Of a DNA stretch of 64,000 nucleotides, positions 42,938-56,132 are shown in pieces. How positions within the stretch are numbered: the stretch's first letter is position 1; each line of letters starts with the position of its first letter. The stretch lies in the NCBI RefSeq assembly GCF_009914755.1, contig NC_060928.1; one strand, 5' to 3'. Source of the stretch: the human T2T-CHM13v2.0 reference genome, Homo sapiens. The notes beneath the pieces were generated by a model that was given only the letters and a program-made list of their open reading frames with translations, searched no databases and had not been told where the DNA came from. Made by a program: the position numbers and the translations under genes.

Positions 42938-43525
42938 GAACAGACCAATAAGGAGTTGCAACATTGAATCAATAATAAAAAGCCTACCAACCAGAAATAG
43001 CCCAGGACCAGATGGATTCACAAATTCTACCAGATGTATAAGGAAGAGCTGATATCATTTCTACTGAAACTATTACAAAAAAATTGAGGAGGAGGGATTC
43101 ATTCCTAATTCATTTTATGAGTCCAGGATCATCCAGAATCAAAAACCTGGCAGAGACACAACAAAATACAAAAACTTTAGGACAATATCCTTGATTAACA
43201 TGCAAAAATTCTCAACAAAATACCAGCAAATTAAATCCAATAGCACATCAAAAAGCTAATCCACTACAACCAAGTATGTTGTATCCCTCGGATGCAAGGT
43301 TGGTTCAGCACACATGCAAATCAGTAAATGTTATTTACCACATAAACAGAACTAAAAACAAAAGCCACAAGATCATTTCAATAGATTCAGAAAAGGCTTT
43401 CAACAAAACTAAACATCGCTTCATATTAAAAACCCTCAACAATCTAGGTATTAAAGAAATATATCTCAAAATAGTAAGAGCCATCTATGAAAAACTCACA
43501 CCCAACATCATACTGAATGGACAAT
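42938..43525 (+). mobile_element. L1P ORF2 (RT) fragment
   Basis: ORF 43276-43527 [30 protein letters not shown]...NIILNGQ. Confidence 0.88.
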
Positions 43526-44570
43526 AGAATAAATTTGGAAGGGCTCTCTCCTTCAACTTTTTGTTAAGAGTTTGAGAAGAATTGGTATTAATACTTTTAT
43601 AAAAAAAAGTTTGCTAGAATATACCTATGAAGTCATCTGGATCTGAGCTTTTCATTGTTAGAATTGTTTTAACTGACGTAATCTTCGTACTAGTTATTAG
43701 TTGGTCTATCTAGATTTTCTATTTCTTTCTTTTTTTTTTTTGTTTGAGTTGGAGTCTTGCTCTGTCACCCAGTCTGGAGTGCAGTGGCGTGACTCGGCTC
43801 ACCGCAACCTTCCCCTCCCTGCCTCAGCCTCCCAAGTAGCTGGGATTACAAGCACGCCACCACACCCGGCTAATTATTTAGGTATTTTTAGTAGAGATGG
43901 GGTTTCATTAGGTTGGCCATACTGGTCTCGAACTCCTGACCTCAGGTGATCCGCCCGCCTCAGCCTCCCAAAATGCTGGGATTACAGGCGTGAGCCACCG
44001 CACCCAGACATTGGGTTTTCTATTTCACCATGATTCAGTCTTTTCAGTTTTATATGTTTCTAGGAATTTATCCATTTTTTCTAGGTTATCCAATTTCTTA
44101 GTGTATAATTGCTCATAGTAGTCTCTTGTAATGCTTTGTATTTTGAAATATCATAATGTCACTTTTATCACTTCTTATTTGAGTCTTCTTACCTTTTCAT
44201 TAGTTTAGCTAAAGATTCTTTATTTTTGTTTATCTTTTTAAGAAACCACTTTTAGTTTGGTTGATCTTTTCCATCATTATTCTGTCTTTATTTAATTTAT
44301 TTCTACTCTTATCTCTGTTATTTTTCTCCTTCTGCTAACCTTGGACTTACTTTATTCTTCTTTAACTAGTCCCTTGAGGTATAAAGTTAGAATGTTTATT
44401 TGAGATTTGCCTTTTTTTCTTCTTGTAGGCATTTATACCATAAACTTCCCTCTTAGAAATGCTTCCCATAAGCAGTATCCCGTAAGTTTTGGTATGATGT
44501 TTTCATTTTCATTTATCTCAAGATACATTTCAATTGCTCCTTTGATATCTACTCGAGACCTATTGATCAC
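43526..44570 (-). mobile_element. L1M ORF2 fragment split by an Alu
   Basis: gagtttgagaagaattggtatta, tatgtttctaggaatttatccattt, ccataaacttccctcttag. Confidence 0.82.
43722..44009 (-). mobile_element. AluS with internal deletion
   Basis: Antisense dimer lacking the gggttcaagcgattc segment. Confidence 0.9.
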
Positions 44571-45089
44571 TCTCCAGTATTGGGTGGGATGTGGTGGCTC
44601 TTATTCTGGGGGAGGCCTCAGCAGTGTAGTGTCCATGCAGCTCTATTAACTGAGGTCAGCATCAATAAAGATTCCACGGGTCCTCAAGAGCCACGGCCAT
44701 GATTGTCCATAGCAGTGATGAAGGTTTTTGAGCTTTTTAGTGGTCAAGGCTGCTCTGGACATCCTGATACCTTTTTTTTTTTTTCCTCACAGAAGACAAT
44801 GCGGCACCTGTTCTGGCTCATGGGCGTCCTCATTGTGGTGGTGGCACTGTTGTCTAATATACAAAATGCTACTGGAGTTCTTTACATAGCAGGTCTCTGG
44901 GGCCTGCGATGGCACTCACCACATGACTAATACAGATAGGATCTTCCCTTCTTTGCTCCCAGCCATCTCCAGACTTCCCTGCTAAGCCAGTCTCCCTAGT
45001 GATCCCTTCTATGCAGCTATTCTGTCTCTCATTTTCTTCCCCACTATGTTGTTGTAGGTCCTGATTGAACTTTGAGCTTAGTTAATAGT

Positions 45090-45415
45090 TTTCTTCCAGT
45101 ATTTTTATATTTTACTAATTTTTATCTAATTATTATATCAATTATTGAGAAAGAGATGTTGAAAACTCTGAATATTATTTTTGCATTAATTGATTTCTCC
45201 TGTCATTGCTTCATATCAGTCTTTGCTTCATGCACTTTGAAACTCTGTTACTAGTACATCAAAGTATAATATTGTTATGCTTTCTTGATGGATTGATGCC
45301 TTTATCCTTGTAAAATGATCCACTGTCTCTCAGATAATATTTTTTTTCCTAAAATTTACTTTGCCTGATGTCTGTATAGCCACTGAAGACTTCTTTTGAT
45401 TAGTCTTAGCATGCT
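45090..45415 (-). mobile_element. Ancient L1M fragment
   Basis: tatcaattattgagaaagagatgttgaaa...tttgcttcatgcactttgaaactctgtta...gtatagccac. Confidence 0.65.
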
Positions 45416-47014
45416 GCTTCCCTGCTGAATGAATTCTAGCTAGTGTGGGATCCAGGTTCTCACCTGTGGTCTTTTGACAGTGCTTTACTACAAAGGAAAC
45501 CGTTGAGATACCAAGTAGAGATCCTTTCTATTTCTGTTCTGTGATGCATTGAGGTAATTTTCAGGGAACAAAAAGAATATGTATGCTTTCAGAAAGACAA
45601 ACCAAACACTGTCTAAACATTAGGACAATATATTTGAATCTGAGTCCTATGTTTTCTGCTAAGAAAAATGAAATAACTTTGAATTAGACATGCAATTTTC
45701 ATCAGATGCCAAAAAGTGCATATATCCATCTTAAATGCCAAGAAAGTTATTGCTCACAGTCTGCTTCTTTCTTCTTCACTTGGGCTAAACGGATTGTTAT
45801 TCACATTAAAATTGAACCATTGTTTTCCCTAATTTCAACTCCTGAGTATCAATATTTAAAACAAAGTGTTGCTTTTCATTTGTCAGCCATTCATTGAAAT
45901 CTGCTTATTTATTTTCATTTTTATGAGAATTATGTCTCAAACAGAAAACCACTGATTTTTAAAATAACTTAAAATACATTCAAAGTTGAAAGTTTTACTC
46001 ATCTATAAAAAGCTTAATAATATCCTCAGATTTGGCTTCATTATGGGGACATTAAAATAAGCCTCTTGTCTTTGAAAAAAATGCAGAAAGAGTCATCCAG
46101 GGACATATGAGTAAAGGGTACTTCAGCCACCGGCAGTCTAGAATGGGGCCCCTCTGCCTGTCTGGAAGCTCATTCCAGTCTGGAAACCCAAAAATCTTCT
46201 GTGATCACCTACTAAGGGAACCTGAAATTACCAGGTCTTTCTGTGTGGCTTATATGTTAGTCTAGATTCCAAGCAGTCAGAGTTTCATATATTCCAAACT
46301 CTCCGACCTGTAGGAATGTGGCCCAATGTACTTGACTTGCTGTTATATCATCTTGCTGTTCCTTCTGTAAACTAGTAAGTATGGCTGGACTGAGCCATGT
46401 CCCCAATCTGATGTTTGTCATAAGAAAGGCTAGAGAGCTCAGTTTGGTTTCAAATGCACCCCAGACTATTGGAGTCATCACCACTATGGCCACTGCTCAT
46501 ATCCATGGCCAGATATACTTACAGAGCTTTTACTCTCTTTCTGTCATCAGAAGCAGAGGACTATTTCATGTGACTTTTTGACTTCTAGGTGGAGAGCAAC
46601 ATGTTTGCTCAGCACAACTACTTCTTTTGGAATCAAAACGTTGTGTACATAAAATATTTGATATGTGTGACTTATCCCATTTTATCGCTAGTTAAGATTA
46701 TTTTTAAAACCTCTATATACTGTTTCCATGTATCATTAAAACTCTTTGAGGAGTCAATATTGTCAATTTTTGTACTCTCAGATCCTAGCAATGAGTTTAT
46801 TATATAATTCATTAATATAACAGATTAATTGATCTTGTGAGCATAAAAATATACAGATAGGACTTTAATAATAAACTTAATAACATCTACCCAATAGTTC
46901 AGGAGTCACCAAGGGCTTTAAATTAGATCATTTAAAACTGTGTGCCCAATCAGGTTACTTAAAAATTGCTGCCTATAGAAAACCTGAGAGGAGGTATTAC
47001 CAACTCTAGCATCA

Positions 47015-47245
47015 AGAAAACAAGTTCTGCCACTTACACCATATGCCACTTGCATGTTGATCTCAAATATACCACAGCCTAGATCTTCATGTTTCATAAG
47101 GGTAAATGATTAAGAATATCCTCAGCCTCAATTTCAGCTCTAAATTGGAAATAATTGCAGCATCTATGTCATAGGTTTAAAATTAGAATTAACCTACACT
47201 TACAGTGCTAGCCATATGGGAAATATTCATAAATATTAGCTAATG
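47015..47245 (+). mobile_element. MIR
   Basis: ctcagcctcaatttc...taaattggaaataat...tcatagg...acagtgctagc...ataaatattagct. Confidence 0.6.
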
Positions 47246-47349
47246 AGAAATGGACAAATAAAATTTAAAAGCAAATATTAAACAGATATTATCATTAACC
47301 GTCTCCAGGAATAAATTCTAATTTAAAAGTGCATTTAAAAAAAGATCAG

Positions 47350-47834
<485 letters not shown>

Positions 47835-47907
47835 CTAAGTGGTTAGTGGTCAGTAACAGGCACACTGTCATTTAAGCTCTTAAGAAGAGAGACTATATCC
47901 CATTTAT

Positions 47908-47972
47908 ATTTCTATCATCTCTATCTCTATCATCTCTATATCTATCTCTATCATCTCTCTATTGATCTATCT
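47908..47972. repeat. TCTA/TC-rich simple repeat
   Basis: Repeated tctatcatctcta units. Confidence 0.8.
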
Positions 47973-48326
47973 GAAAACCTCTAAGTATAGAGCTAATAGT
48001 GATGACTTGAGGCATTATTTCTTGATTAAACATAAGTGAATGCCAGGTCAAGGAGTATCAAGTCAGAGAATGCAGCCGATTTAGAGAAAAGAAGGCTTCT
48101 AAGGCTACCTAAACAAAATAATGATCTCATAGGGATTTCATGGGAAGCAGATCTTTGGATCACTAAAAGTTATAGGCATCAAACAAAACCACAAAGGCAA
48201 ATGGAAAATTAAGTAAGATCAGAGGTGAAGTTGTTATTTACTGATAGGATAATTTTATGTGAACTGTTGGTCAAGTATCTATTTTGTCTATAAGGCATTA
48301 GTTATAACTTTTAATTATTAGTCAAA

Positions 48327-48345
48327 CACTGCCCTCTAGTGGCAG
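48327..48345 (-). promoter_or_regulatory. Candidate CTCF motif (strong)
   Basis: Minus strand reads ctGCCACTAGAGGGCAGtg, a near-consensus CTCF core in apparently unique sequence. Confidence 0.65.
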
Positions 48346-48741
48346 ACCTTCAGTTTAGCATTGCAAATAGTGTGAACATTTGATAACACTAGATCTCACT
48401 TCGCACACCACAATTTGTTTTAATTTTTTCTTAGGTAGAAACTCTATGTAGACATAATATATATGTATTTCCTTATGTGTATGCATGTATGTCTAACTAT
48501 TCTTCATATTTCATTTTACTTCTATGATATCTGGAGAAAATATTGAAAATGAAGAATGATACATAGCAGAAACCATAATTAAGAACTTTGACTAATTATC
48601 AATTATTTCAATATCAAATATATTTTTTATTCTAAAATACTTAATTTGCCGTATTAAGGAGATTTATATAATTTAATTATTCTACTTTCCAATATAAATG
48701 TAAAGACAAAAATAAATATACTTCTTTTCTCTTTTGTTCAC

Positions 48742-49070
48742 CAGCCAGAGGCTAAGGAGGTTAGTGGAGATAGGCAGGGAGTACCAGGAGAGGTTGGTCA
48801 TTGGGTGCAAAGTTACAGTTAAACAGAAATAATAAGTTTTGGTGTTTTATAACACAACAGGGTGACTACAGCAAATAATAATGTAGTGTATATTTTAAGA
48901 CAGCTAGAAGAGATTTTGAATATTGTCACCACAAAGCATTGGTAAATCTTTAAAGTGATGGGTATGATAATTACCCCAGTTTGATCATTGTACTATTTAT
49001 ACATGCATTGAAAGTTCACAATTTACTCCATAAATACATACAATTGTGTGTCAATTATAAATTTTGAAAC
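48742..49070 (+). mobile_element. L1MA (about MA4-MA7) 3'UTR
   Basis: gagaggttggtcattgggtgcaaagttacagtt...agggtgactacag...cagctagaagagattttgaa...ttgatcatt. Confidence 0.82.
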
Positions 49071-49747
49071 TAAGTTAACTAAAGAAATCTCACCATTTGA
49101 CATCCAGGGAAGAAAAATGAGTCCCAATTTTTCTGCGACTTCAGCTACAGTGAGGAAAAAGGCAGAACATGTTCCTTTTCCCTTTGCAAAGATGTGAGAT
49201 CTTTGTGCGGTTCAAAAGTGAGCTTGAGCCTATTTAAGAGTCTAGGTTTCCTGGTGGTGGAACCAGCTCTTAAGAAAACATAGAGCTTGCTCCACCTGTG
49301 ATGGAGACTCCCACTAGCAGGTAGCCTTGGGCAGGAGTGTTTTTCTAGTTCTACCATTAAACAACCTCCAGGCATATACAAAACTGTCATCACAAACAGT
49401 GTGATGATCCAGTCTTACTCAACATTAATATTTTCTTTACTATTAGAGGCTTGAAATATGTAAGTTACCCCAAATATAGTTATATTATAACACACAATAG
49501 ATCAAGTTTTAAGAAAATTCTAAAGAGAGAATGAGAAGAAAGAGGAAGAGAAAGAGTGAAAGAGAGAGAGAAAGTGTGCACACACTAACAAGCAAAGACA
49601 CATACAACACATTACAGAAAAACAACTGTTCCAAAACCTCAAATAAATTTGGTATTATTGTATTTAAAAATTTTATGCTAATGAGTAAAGAGATCAATTA
49701 AACTGAAATACACTTAAAAAGCAAAAATATTGGGGTTGGTTTATTCT

Positions 49748-50286
49748 TTTTTTCTGGTACCTTTAGGTACAAAGTTAAATTACTAATTTGAGATCTTTCT
49801 AACTTTCTGATGAAGACATTTAGAGATACAAACTTTCCTCTTAACACTGTTTTAGCTGCATACAAGAGATTTCAGTAAGTTTTGTCCTTATTTTCATTAA
49901 TTTTGATAAATTTTTTGATTTCTGCCTTAATTTTGATGTTTATCCAGAAGTGACTCTGGAACAAGTTGTTTAATTTCTCTGTATTTGTGTACTTTTGAGA
50001 GATCTTCTTGATACTTATTTCTATTTTTATTGTGTTGTGGTCTGAGAGTGTGCTTGGTATTACTTCAACTTAAACGATACAACAAACAAAAACCAAATAA
50101 TCTCACTAAAAAAATGGGCAAAGGACATGGACAGACACTTTTCAAAAGAAGACATACATATGAAACAACAGAAACAACAAACACATGAAAAATGCTCATC
50201 ATCAATAATCATCAGAGAAATGCAAATCAGAACCACAATGAGATGTCACCACATACCAGTCAGAATGGCTCTTACTGAAAAGTCAG
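49748..50286 (+). mobile_element. L1 with inversion: antisense ORF2 49748-50070, sense ORF2 3' part 50078-50286
   Basis: Antisense tttgagatctttctaactt...caagttgtttaattt, then sense ORF 50127 DRHFSKEDIH...CSSSIIIREMQIRTTMR. Confidence 0.8.
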
Positions 50287-50545
50287 GAGAGGGTGGAGCA
50301 AGATGGCGAATAGAAGCTCCACCAATCATCCTCCACACAAAGACACCAAGTTAACAACTATCTACACAGGAAAACACCTTTTCAAGAACCAAAAATCAGG
50401 TGAGCACTTATAGTACCTGGTTTTATCTTTATACCATTGAAAAAGGTACTGAAGATATTTTCTTAAAAAGTCCTGAATCTCTGACATCACCTCTCCCTCA
50501 ACCCTGGCAGCAGCAGCATGGTGCAGAGAGGTGCTGGGGTGCCGG

Positions 50546-52301
50546 TGAGAGGTGACACCATGCTGGCAGCCCTCGCAGCCCTCGCTGGCTCCCGGCACCT
50601 CCTCGGCCTCAGTGCCCACTCTGGCAGCACTTGAGGACCCCTTCAGCCTGCCACTGCACTGTGGGAGCCCCTCTCTGGGCTGGCCGAGGCCGGGGCTGGC
50701 TCCCTCTGCTTGTGGGGAAGTGTGGAGGGAGATGCGCAGGCAGGAACTGGCTCTGCGCAGGGCGCTGGTGGGCCACCACCAGTTCCGGGTAGGCGTGGAC
50801 TCCACAGGCCCCCCACTGGGAGCGGCTGGCCGGCAGCGCCAGCCCAGAGCACTGAGGAGCTTAGCACCCAGGCCAGCAGCTGCGGAGGGTGCACCAGGTC
50901 CCCCAGCAGTGCCAGCCCGCCGGGGTTGTGCTCGAATTCTCGCTGGGCCTCAGCTGCCTCCCGGCGGGGCAGGGCTCGGGACCTGCAGCCTGCCATGCCT
51001 GAGTCTCACACTGCCCCCCACCCCGCCCCCCACGGGTGTGCTCCTGTGCGGCCTGAGCCTCCCCGATGAGCGTCGCTCCCTGCTCCACGGCACCTGGTCC
51101 CATTGACCACCCAAGGGCTGAGGAGTGCAGGTGCATGGCGCGGGACTGGCGGGCAGCTCTGCCTGTGGCCCGGGTGCAGGATCCACTAGGTGAAGCCAGC
51201 TGGGCTCCTGAGTCTAGTGGGGACTTGGAGAACCTTTATGTCCAGCTAAGGGATTGTAAATACACCAATCAGCACTCTGTGTCTAGCTCAAGGTTTGTAA
51301 ATGCACCAATCAGCACCCTGTGTCTAGCTCAAGGTTTGTAAATGCACCAATCAGTGCTCTGTGTCTAGCTAATCTAGTGGAGACTTGGAGAATGTTTATG
51401 TCTAGCTAAGGGATTGTAAATACACCAATCAGCACTCTGTGTCTAGCTAAAGGTTTGTTAACACACCAATCAGCACCCTGTGTCTAGCTCAAGGTTTGTG
51501 AATGCACCAATCAGTGCTCTGTGTCTAGCTAATCTAGTGGGGACTTGGAGAACCTTTATGTCTAGCTAAGGGATTGCAAATACACCAATCAGCACTCTGT
51601 GTCTAGCTCAAGATTTGTAAATGCACCAATCAGTGCTCTGTGTCTAGCTAATCTAGTGGGGACTTGGAGAACTTTTGTGTCTAGCTCAGGGATTGTAAAC
51701 GCACCAGTCAGCACCCTGTCAAAATGGACCAATCAGCTCTCTGTAAAACAGATGTCAGCTCTCTGTAAAATGAACCAATCAGCAGGATGTGGGTGGGGCC
51801 AGATAAGGGAATAAAAGCAGGCTGCCTGAGCCAGCAGTGACAACCAGGTCGGGTCCCCTTCCACACAATGGAAGCTTTGTTCTTTTGCTCTTTGCAGTAA
51901 ATCTTGCTGCTGCTCATTCTTTGGGTCTGCACTGCCTTTATGAGCTGTAACACTCACTGGAAGCTCTGCAGCTTCACTCCTGAGGCCAGCGAGACCATGA
52001 ACCCACCAGGAGGAATGAACAACTCCAGATGGGAGGAATGAACAACTCCAGATGGGAAGAACAAACAACTCCAGATGCACTGCCTTAACAGCTGTAACAC
52101 TCACCGTGAAGGTCTGCAGCTTCATTCCTGAAGCCAGCGAGACCACAAATCCACCAGAAGAAAGAAACTCTGAACACGTCCAAACATCAAAAGGAACAAA
52201 CTCCGGACATACCATGTTTAAGAACTGTAACACTCACCGCAAGAGTCCACGGCTTCTTTCTTGAAGTCAGTGAGACCAAGAACCCACCAATTTCGGACAC
52301 A
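50546..52301 (+). mobile_element. LTR12C (ERV9) solo LTR
   Basis: Termini tgagaggtgaca...ccaatttcggacaca. GC-rich U3, tandem CCAAT repeats and U5 repeats gctgtaacactcacc. 4-bp TSD ccgg/ctgg. Confidence 0.95.
51220..51830 (+). promoter_or_regulatory. LTR12 NF-Y/GATA enhancer-promoter array
   Basis: 10 CCAAT boxes in about 40-bp subrepeats, followed by GGGTGGGG, AGATAA (51801) and the AATAAA TATA-like box (51810). Confidence 0.85.
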
Positions 52302-52719
52302 CTGGGGGAATGAGAAGACAGCAGTTGTGAGGCAATGAACTCAGTGCTGCCCTGTAATATCAGAAAGAAAAACCAGACCACACTCGACTGATGCTTACTC
52401 ATGAAGGGAAGATTTAAAACAACCCTAGCCAGAGGGAAATCACCAATTCCAGTGGTCCTAACTTGAGCACCTGCAAACTCTGTCACCAAGGGCTACAGCA
52501 CCGTGTGTTTCCAAGTAAACTTGAAAGGCAGTTTAGACCATAAGGATTGCTACTCTTTGATGTGTCCTAGTGCTGAGTTAGGCCCAGAGACAGTTGTCTG
52601 TGTGAGGGGTGGGGAGCACGTCATATACTGAGACACCAGCTGGACAGCTAAGGGAGTGCTGGCACCACCCCTCTCTGAAGCCCAGGCTGCTCTCCTAAAG
52701 AGATCTCTTCCTTTTGCTT

Positions 52720-52787
52720 GAGGAGGGGAGAGGAGAAGAGAGGAGAGGAGGGGAGGGGAGGGCAGGGGAGGGGAGGAGAGGGAAGAG
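52720..52787 (+). repeat. Polypurine GA-rich tract
   Basis: gaggaggggagaggagaagagaggagaggaggggaggggagggcaggggaggggaggagagggaagag. Confidence 0.9.
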
Positions 52788-55145
52788 TTGGGAGGACTGT
52801 GTCTTGCATCACGGATACCATCCGAGCCAGAGCAAAATAGGGCATCTTTCAGAGACATGAGGTCCCCATTCCAGGTCCTAGCTCCCATATGACATTTCTA
52901 GACACACCCTGGGCCAGAAGGAAACTAATTGCCTTGAAGGAAAGGACCCCATCCTGCCAGCATTCATCATCTGCTAACTCAACAGCCCTTGGGCCCTGAA
53001 TAACCAGCAGTGATACCCGGGTATTATATTGAGGACCTCGGGTGAGACTGTGAGACTTGGTGGCTTTAATTTACCAGGTGTGGTAAATACAGAGCAAAAC
53101 TCTTTCTGCTTGAGAAAAGCAGAGAGAGAGAAAAGTAAAGTAAAGGGGATTTTGTCTTACAGCTTAGATATGAGCACACCCACAGAGGGGTAGAGCACCA
53201 GGTGGGGACTTAGGGTTCCCAATTTTAGGATTTGACACTTGGATGGCATTTCTGTTGCTGCCCTTGGCTAGAGGGGAGCCCGCTCCCCTGAAAGAGGAGT
53301 CTCAGGTCAGGCAGCATTCAACACAAGCCTAGTTAAAAGCCCTTAACCCTTAAGGGAACATTAGTGGTTGTTGGGCAGCACTCATGGTGTGGCATGGCAG
53401 TGGCTATGGGGTGAGGCTTCTCTGCCTTTGGAAAGAGGAAGGAAGAGTAGGAAGAACTGCATCATGTGGTTTGAGTGCCAGCTCAGCCATAATACAGTCG
53501 AATACCAGGTAGACTTCTAAGGTTTTTGACTCTAGACCCTCACTTCCAGATGGCACTTCTGGACCCACCCAGGGCTTGAGAGACCTTGCTGACCTAAAGG
53601 GAAAGAAATGGTCCTGACTAGCTTTGCCACCTTCTGATTGTAGAGCCCCAGGGCCTTGAGCAAACATAAACAGTAGCCAAGGTGTTGTTAACAGCAGGCT
53701 TTGGGTGAGACCCACTGCTGTGCTGGCTTCAGGTCTGATTCAGTGCAGTCATAGTGGTGGTGGCCACAGGGATGCTTGTGTCATTCCACCCCCGGCTTTA
53801 GGTGGCTCAGAATGGAGAAGAGAGAGATAGAGCCTGTGTTTGTGAGAAAGTAAGAGAAGGAAGCAAGAGTCTCTGCCTGGTAATCCAGAGAATTCTCCCG
53901 GATCTTGTCCAAGACCATCAACATGGTACCTCTATGAGTCTGCAAGAACCACAGTGTTACTGGGCTTGGGGTGCCCTCAAAAGCAGATACAGCCTACAAC
54001 ACAACACCCAAATCATTCCAAATATCTAAAAAGCCTCCCCCAAAAGGATGGCTACAAATAAGCCCAGACAGTGAATGCTACAATAAATATCTAACCTTTC
54101 AATGTTTGGGCACTGAAGAATATCTGCCAGCATCAACATCATCCAGGTAAACAGGACGTCATCATATGAACTAACTAAGACATGGGGGACAAATCCTGGA
54201 GAAACAAGGTTATGTGACCTTTCAGAAAGAGGAAGAATTCAAAATAGCTGTATTGAGGAAACTCAAAGAAATTCAAGATAACACAGAAAAGGAATTTACA
54301 ATTCTATCAGATACATTTAACAAAGAGATTGAAATAATTAAAAAGAATCAAGCAGAAATTCTGCAGCTGAAAAATGCAATTGGCATACTGAATAATGCAT
54401 GAGTCCTTTAATAGTAGAATAGACCAAGCAGAAGAAAGAATGAATGGGCTTGAAGACAAGGTATTTGAAAATACAGTCAGAGAAGATAAAGAAAAAAGAA
54501 GAAGAAAAAAGCATTCCTACAGTATCTCAAAAATAGCCTCAAGATGACAAATTTAAGAGTTATTGGCCTTAAAGAGGAGGTAGAGAAAGAGATAGGGGTA
54601 GCAAGCTCATTCAAAGGGATAATAACAGAGAACTTCCCAAACCTAGAGAAAGGTATGAATATGCAAGCACAAGAAGGTTATAGAACACCAAGCAGATTTA
54701 ACTCAAATAGACTACCTCAAGGCATTTAATAATCAAATTCCCAAATGTTAAGAATAAAGAAATGATTCTAAAAGCAGCAAGAGAAAAGAAACAAATAACA
54801 CAAAATTGAGGTCTAATAAGTTTGGCAGTAGACTTCTCAGTGGAAATTTTACATGTGAGGAGAGAGTGGCATGACATACTTAAAGTGCTGAAGCATAAAA
54901 ACTTTTACCCTAGAATAGTATATCCAGTAAAAATATACTTCAAACAAGAAGGATAAGTAAAGACTTTCTGAGGCAAACAAAAGCTAAGGGACTTCATCAA
55001 TACCAGACCTGTCCTACAAGAAATACTAAAAGGGTACCTCAATTAGAAAGAAAATGACATTAATAAGCAATAAATAAGCAACTTAAGGTACAAAACTCAC
55101 TGGTAATAGTAAGCACACAGAAAAACATAGAATAATATAACACTG

Positions 55146-55217
55146 TGTGGAAGGAAAATACCTTGGGTTCCCAAAATAACTAAAGAAAACCCAAGCTGGA
55201 AACTGCTTAGGCCAAAC
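55146..55217 (+). mobile_element. MER4A 5' LTR, left part
   Basis: tgtggaaggaaaataccttggg...caagctggaaactgcttaggccaaac. The LTR resumes at 60988. Confidence 0.85.
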
Positions 55218-55674
55218 TGTCAGGCCTCTGAGTCCAAGCTAAGCCATCTCATCCCCTGTGACCTGCACGTATACATTCAGATGGCCTGAAGTAACTGAAG
55301 AATCACAAAAGAAGTGATATTTAAATGGTCTGTTCCTGCCTTAACTGATGACATTCTACCACAAAAGAAGTGAAAATGGCTGGTCCTTGCCTTAACTGAT
55401 GACATTACCTTGTGAAATTCCTTCTCCTGGCTCATCCTGGCTCAAAAAGCTTTCCCACTGAGCACCTTGTGACTCCTAGTCCTGCCCACCAGAGAAAAAC
55501 CCCCTTTGACTCTAATTTTCCTTTACCTACCCAAATCCTGTAAAATGGCCCCACCCCTATCTCCCTTTGCTGACTCTCTTTTCAGACTCAGTCCGCCTGC
55601 CCCCAAGTGAAATAAACAGCCTTGTTGCTCACACAAGCCTGTTTGGTGGTCTCTTCCCAAGGACACTAGTGAAA
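55218..55674 (+). promoter_or_regulatory. HERV-H 5' LTR7
   Basis: tgtcaggcctctgag...aaataaacagcc...tagtgaaa. Two ACAAAAGAAG blocks and a ccccaccc GC/GT box. Confidence 0.95.
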
Positions 55675-55677
55675 TTT

Positions 55678-55695
55678 TGGTGCCATGACTCGGAT
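55678..55695 (+). other. Primer binding site, tRNA-His
   Basis: tggtgccatgactcggat versus TGGTGCCGTGACTCGGAT (one CpG-type mismatch). Confidence 0.92.
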
Positions 55696-56132
55696 CGGGG
55701 GACCTCACTTGGGAGATTAATCCCCTGTCCTCCTGCTCTTTGCTCTGTGAGAAAGATCCACCTATGACCTCAGGTCCTCAGACCGACCAGCCCAAGGAAC
55801 ATCACACCAATTTTAAATCAGGTAAGCGGCCTCTTTTTACACTCTCCTCCAACCTCTCTCACTATCCCTCAACCTCTTTCTCCTTTCAATCTTGGCGCCA
55901 CACTTCAATCTCTCCCTTCTCTTAATTTCAGTTCCTTTCCTGTTCTCATAGAGACAGGAGATGCATTTTATCTGTGGACCCAAAACTCCAGCGCCGGTCA
56001 GGGACTTGGGATGACAGTCTTCCCTTGGTATTTAATCACACAGGGATGCCTGCCTGATTATTCACCCACATTTCAGAGGTGTCTGACCACACAGGGATGC
56101 CTGCCTTGGTCCTTCACCCTTAGTGGCAAGTA

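Larger units (their letters stand above)
50287..55145 (+). mobile_element. L1M1/L1MA-type 5'UTR plus ORF1, interrupted by LTR12C and cut off by the MER4A insertion
   Basis: Intact start ggagagggtggagcaagatggcgaatagaag. ORF1 remnants EFKIAVLRKLKEIQDNTEKEF and NLRVIGLKEEVEKE...ENFPNLEK. Confidence 0.88.

Noticed and set aside
46080-46640. Higher-complexity segment with ORFs on both strands (46257-46493 minus, 46381-46581 plus)
   Set aside because: No recognisable protein similarity, convincing splice sites, poly(A) or TSD. It may be an old LTR or unique non-coding DNA.
48346-48368. tgcaat-like upstream CTCF (zinc finger 9-11) motif next to the 48.3 kb core
   Set aside because: The spacing from the core looks longer than the usual 5-6 bp, so it is not claimed.
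50362-51341. Cluster of long GC-rich ORFs (up to 184 aa) resembling a CpG-island gene start
   Set aside because: They lie within or run across the LTR12C U3. Stop-poor GC-rich sequence gives overlapping ORFs on both strands with no domain signature.
51230-51720. Regularly spaced repeats that superficially resemble a CRISPR array
   Set aside because: The spacers are not unique, there are no cas genes, and this is the known ERV9 enhancer repeat in primate DNA.
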